Part shown: positions 62,636-64,000 of the stretch, one piece after another | Numbering within the stretch: position 1 is the first letter of the stretch | How the letters are laid out: each line of letters opens with the position of its first letter | Origin: a virus | Strand: one strand, 5' to 3' | Length of the DNA stretch: 64,000 nt | IMG/VR virus record: IMGVR_UViG_3300049846_000568 | Span: 1-64,000 of that record | Made by a program: the position numbers and the translations under genes | The notes under the pieces: generated by a model | Told to the model about the DNA's origin: nothing | Seen by the model: the letters and a program-made list of their open reading frames with translations, nothing else | The model's database searches: none

Positions 62636-64000
62636 TTACGCCTTTAGAGGAATCTCACATACATCATTAGCGCAGAACTTCTCACCCTCGGCGTCTAGCG
62701 CTGCGCCGTTGTATAGATCGTCCCACAGGATACCAAGTACGTTGCCGGTCTTGGTTTCCCACACATCCTCTGGAATGCGCTCGTAAGGCATCTGTGCGTA
62801 AGCCCCACCCTCTTCCAGCAGTGGAAGCATGCTGATGGACTTTAGCTGCCCATCAAAGGTGCGTAGAAGCGCACCAATCTGGTCCTTCTCATCATCCTGG
62901 AATGTGATGGTAACGGAAACCTGGTTGTCTGCCCAATAACGCTGTGCTAGAACAGCAAGGTTTGCCTTTTCCCACATAGAAACCTCGCGCTCTGTACGAA
63001 CCTGCGGACCTCTCGTTGGTAGCTCAACCACCATCGTGTTCTTGGGATCCATAACGTCGGGTTCGACGTGGTATCCAGCCATCTCAAGCGCACTCAGCAG
63101 TGGATCGTTGACTGCCAGTCTCATACGGCGAATATAAACATCTGCCGTAGGCCAGTGTACGCCTGGGGTTACCCCAAACAGTAGTGAAACGGTCCCAGAT
63201 GGCTTAACAGAGGTTGTCTTGATAGACTCGCGCACACCAAGCCAATCAGAGTATACGCGGTCATAACGTTGAACCTCATCATAGCCGCTGTTTAGCCATG
63301 TGCGTAGGTCTGTTTGACCGTGGCGCTCAGTGAATTGTGCGACACCCGAGACAGAGCAACCGATACGACGGTTACGCTGCATGATGGAGTTTGTCTCTGG
63401 CCAATGAGTCGGCAGTAGCGTAACAGACTTGGCATACAGATAAGCGACCTTGATGGTCCTCTTGTAGTCATCGAGCGTCTCGTGCTTAATGGGGAAGGTC
63501 TCAACCAGAGTGCAGCATTCAAAGGACTCTAGTGTCTGCTCACCGCATGGATTTGTGCCAGCAGCACGGTAATCGCGGTTATTCGGGGGATCAATTAGGC
63601 GACCATACTTACGGCATAGGTCCAGATAGATCAACCCTGGTTCACCATTGGCGGCGATACGCTCAGCAAGGTGGTCATAGTTGCCGCCTACCTCTGCGAA
63701 AACAGAGTTGTTTGATGTAAAGCCCCAACCATTGGGACCCATACGCTCAGGGTTGACCTCCCAATTCTTGAGATCAAGAAAGTCCTTATCATCTGCCGCG
63801 CCGAGGGCAATCTCCGCAGAACGACGTACATTACCAGCAACAACACACTTGCCGACAAGGTTCATCACATCAACAATATCTGTCGACGTAATGAAATCTC
63901 CCGCACGGCCACCCAAGATTTCACGAAGCTTTTCGTGCAGATCCTTTAACGGGGCATAGCCTGCTGCAATGCCTCCGAAACCCTTAATCGGCTCTCCAGC
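62636..64000 (-). CDS. nrdJ: class II (B12) ribonucleotide reductase, 5'-truncated by the window
   Basis: VAGNVRRSA, TNPCGEQ, VKPSGT, C-terminal CxxxxC; frame is open to the window edge. Confidence 0.95.
   Translation of the reverse strand, partial: AGEPIKGFGGIAAGYAPLKDLHEKLREILGGRAGDFITSTDIVDVMNLVGKCVVAGNVRRSAEIALGAADDKDFLDLKNWEVNPERMGPNGWGFTSNNSVFAEVGGNYDHLAERIAANGEPGLIYLDLCRKYGRLIDPPNNRDYRAAGTNPCGEQTLESFECCTLVETFPIKHETLDDYKRTIKVAYLYAKSVTLLPTHWPETNSIMQRNRRIGCSVSGVAQFTERHGQTDLRTWLNSGYDEVQRYDRVYSDWLGVRESIKTTSVKPSGTVSLLFGVTPGVHWPTADVYIRRMRLAVNDPLLSALEMAGYHVEPDVMDPKNTMVVELPTRGPQVRTEREVSMWEKANLAVLAQRYWADNQVSVTITFQDDEKDQIGALLRTFDGQLKSISMLPLLEEGGAYAQMPYERIPEDVWETKTGNVLGILWDDLYNGAALDAEGEKFCANDVCEIPLKA

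Noticed and set aside
1-64000. Stop-codon reassignment
   Set aside because: Conserved genes are intact under code 11, TAG ends genes at expected positions, and no suppressor tRNA is present.

Overview
A 64-kb internal segment of a large lytic dsDNA phage, very likely infecting an actinobacterium. The host call rests on WhiB, DUF1876, an actinophage-type amidase, an NGGSSxRDAVD membrane protein and leaderless TGn-TAnnnT promoters. No virion genes are present. Positions 1-35.9 kb (+ strand) hold many small genes, RNase H, WhiB, SSB, UDG and 18 tRNAs. They also hold a complete phage-encoded ubiquitin-like conjugation system: Prok-E2-like protein, JAB peptidase, Zn-finger extension, ThiF/E1 and a Ubl ending GEKG-LA. 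It is accompanied by a Ycf46-like AAA+ ATPase and two or three further E2-like paralogs. The JAB gene has two -1 slippery sites, one fusing it to a startless multi-Zn-finger ORF. A separate -1 frameshift with a pseudoknot lies at 40.1 kb. Three structured non-tRNA RNAs sit inside the tRNA array. Positions 36-64 kb (mostly - strand) hold an endolysin, a PAS-fused membrane protein, a sigma factor, nucleases, DnaE, a primase, DnaB, a glycosyl/methyltransferase cluster, MazG, dCMP deaminase, ThyX and a class II RNR cut by the window end. All assignments come from motif recognition by eye; no database searches were run.
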